Source: an uncultured Candidatus Saccharibacteria bacterium (GTDB lineage: Bacteria > Patescibacteriota > Saccharimonadia > Saccharimonadales > JACDBH01). Taken from it: a stretch of 64,000 nucleotides of DNA. Shown piece by piece: positions 63,323 to 64,000 of this stretch (its first letter is position 1; every line of letters begins with the position of its first letter). The DNA lies in NCBI GenBank assembly GCA_965231105.1, contig OZ246417.1, forward strand, positions 768,908 through 832,907, in the 5' to 3' direction. The notes beneath the pieces were generated by a model, which was not told the DNA's origin, made no database searches, and saw only the letters and a list, made by a program, of their open reading frames with translations. A program made the position numbers and the translations under genes.

Positions 63323-64000
63323 TTAGTCATGTATAAAAGCATCACGCAAGGAGAAGAAGGCGGGCTTTGGCTCGTAATATTTATCGAAAGGCAAGGGGCG
63401 ACTATTAGGAGTGGTAGGTAGATAGTTATACCATGTCTCTTTGTCGGTAATGCCAAGGAGGGCAAAACCAGGGCACACTTTCGATTCTATGCATGCTCGT
63501 GCCATCTCATAATAAATATTAGCCTGGATGGCATCGCGATCTTTATTGTCAGCTTGAACATCGTTCATATTAACGTCGAGTTCAGTTACATACACTTTTA
63601 GACCCAAGTCCCCAAAGCGTTTCATATTGGAGATAACCTCGTCTTTCATAGGAGGGTGAGTACCATCAATATGCATCTGCATCCCAAGTCCATCTATAGG
63701 TATGCCACGTTCAAGGGCGCCCTTCACATAGCTATACATCGCATCAGAGATATCGTTTTTTCCTTCGTTGCCAAAGTCATTCAGAATTAGGACGGCATTT
63801 GGATCAGCTTCCCGTGCCCAGGTAAACGCAGAATCTATGTACTCCGTGTCGCCCGTTGCATCCGCCCACCAGTCGCGGAGGCCGTAAATATGCTGATTGC
63901 GTGTAAAAGCTTCATTAACGACCGTCCATTCTCGAATTACTCCTGCATAGCGACGACCAACTGTGTGGATATGGTCACGCATGAGATCATGCAGCTCTGA
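63323..64000 (-). CDS. Glycoside hydrolase family 10 (endo-1,4-beta-xylanase-like), N-terminus outside the window
   Basis: EWTVVNEAF (acid/base Glu region) and VYVTELDV (nucleophile Glu region). The frame stays open to the right edge. Confidence 0.8.
   Translation of the reverse strand, partial: SELHDLMRDHIHTVGRRYAGVIREWTVVNEAFTRNQHIYGLRDWWADATGDTEYIDSAFTWAREADPNAVLILNDFGNEGKNDISDAMYSYVKGALERGIPIDGLGMQMHIDGTHPPMKDEVISNMKRFGDLGLKVYVTELDVNMNDVQADNKDRDAIQANIYYEMARACIESKVCPGFALLGITDKETWYNYLPTTPNSRPLPFDKYYEPKPAFFSLRDAFIHD

Noticed and set aside
1-64000. CRISPR arrays, transposases, integrases, prophage genes, recoded stop codons or an alternative genetic code.
   Set aside because: I saw no regularly spaced repeats or mobile-element proteins. 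Long conserved ORFs terminate normally with TAA, TAG or TGA, so the standard code fits.

Overview
The window is gene-dense (about 80 CDS, mostly 0-150 nt intergenic gaps, many ATGA/TAATG-type overlaps, standard genetic code) and carries one tRNA. I found no rRNA, CRISPR array, transposase or integrase. Most genes are core housekeeping: argS, mscL, msrB, orn, dnaG-rpoD, polA, mutM, holA, rpsT, truB, rpsO-pnp, RNase J, ftsK, rpsF-ssb-rpsR, efp, tlyA and ychF. The rest are Gram-positive-type envelope and surface genes (an LPXTG protein, a GLUG/FN3 protein, an M15 peptidase) and families typical of Actinobacteria (TIGR03086/DinB, LmbE/PIG-L, DUF6766, a WhiB-like module). Compact spacing, moderate G+C, the missing rplI after rpsR and these surface proteins suggest a small-genome bacterium, possibly a Saccharibacteria/CPR-type epibiont. 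That lineage call is inference only. Promoters are readable as TTGACA-17-TATAAT with a frequent extended -10 (TGn), and several sit 6-9 nt from the ATG, which suggests leaderless mRNAs. The strongest novelty candidate is 16.6-20.7 kb. There a sensor-less GGDEF cyclase is followed by a sigma-70 protein with a C-terminal WhiB-like four-Cys module fused on, and then by a GLUG/FN3 surface protein. Secondary candidates are listed in the findings: a Delta9-desaturase homologue without its N-terminal membrane helices, two tandem paralogous small proteins between rpsR and efp, a Nudix-GT4-kinase operon, a large SGNH surface esterase next to a Fic gene, and a catalytically degenerate DHH protein. All function calls come from reading motifs by eye; no database search was run.
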